Positions 63,545 through 64,000 of a stretch of 64,000 nucleotides of DNA are shown in pieces; positions within the stretch are counted from its first letter, which is position 1; every line of letters starts with the position of its first letter. The stretch covers positions 156,044-220,043 of the forward strand of contig NMRA01000583.1 of the NCBI GenBank assembly GCA_002633005.1, given 5' to 3'. The notes under the pieces were generated by a model. It saw only the letters and a list, made by a program, of their open reading frames with translations, made no database searches and had not been told where the DNA came from. The DNA is from Phoronis australis (taxonomy: Eukaryota; Animalia; Phoronida). Both the position numbers and the translations under genes were made by a program.

Positions 63545-64000
63545 TATAGATCGCACTGTTAGATGCATACACTGTCTCAAGAGCTTCTTGGAGCCTGGTA
63601 CCTGACATTACATATCCAATACTTCCCAGGGAGCTCATCTTAGTATGAAATCTGTCAAGCTTGGCGAAGTACAAGTGACTGCAGATCACTGTCGTTTGGT
63701 TTGCCGGCACTAATCTCCTCTAAAATCAGTTACCCTTGTTCATGAAAAGCATGCATATGAAATCAATTGTGAGTAACACCAACTTTGATGTTAAATAATC
63801 TAAAATGTGATTAAAACTCCACATTTAGTATATAAATCTTAAAAACAAATTATATAAACAATCAACTCATTAAGCCTGACTGTAGATTGTAAAATGTTTT
63901 TGTGTCAACACTTATCAGGTTGCAGAAAGTACATGCGGTAAATAGAGATTTTGTGAGTTGGCGGCCATTTTGCCAGCCATCTTGATTTTTCTCTCCAACC
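63545..64000 (-). mobile_element. Academ-like transposase fragment
   Basis: KLDRFHTKMSSLGSIGYVMSGTRLQEALETVYASNS resembles the RLGGFH..MSFLGSIG..M.GSGL..L..VYA.N motif of Academ-type transposases (recognised from memory); GCGGCCATTTTG/GCCATCTTG terminal-type motifs near 63960. Confidence 0.5.

Overview
Eukaryotic, intron-rich, roughly 38-40% GC animal DNA, probably a marine invertebrate/lophotrochozoan (inferred from gene structure and repeat content, not demonstrable here). There are no prokaryotic features, CRISPR arrays or rRNA. Host genes reconstructed by hand: (1) a complete 9-coding-exon phospholipid scramblase (PLSCR family, 256 aa) on the minus strand, 16064-25807; (2) a plus-strand modular gene, 40245 to at least 56657, in which thrombospondin type-1 (TSP1) domain exons alternate with 39-45 nt Pro-rich symmetric phase-1 micro-exons, two of which are paralogous twins with duplicated flanking introns; (3) a candidate small type-I membrane protein gene (signal-peptide exon with a 1-nt frameshift at 5706-5793; TM plus Cys-rich tail exon at 11182-11312). 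The rest is dense in transposons: a 5'-truncated PIF/Harbinger element (49156-52344) with its cognate MITE (39091-39819), a decayed single-ORF APE-RT-RNaseH LINE (about 44218-47730), THAP/HTH_Tnp_4 and Academ-like remnants, many TIR MITEs with visible target-site duplications, and a 1.36-kb duplication around an assembly N. Most ORFs in the supplied track are spurious.
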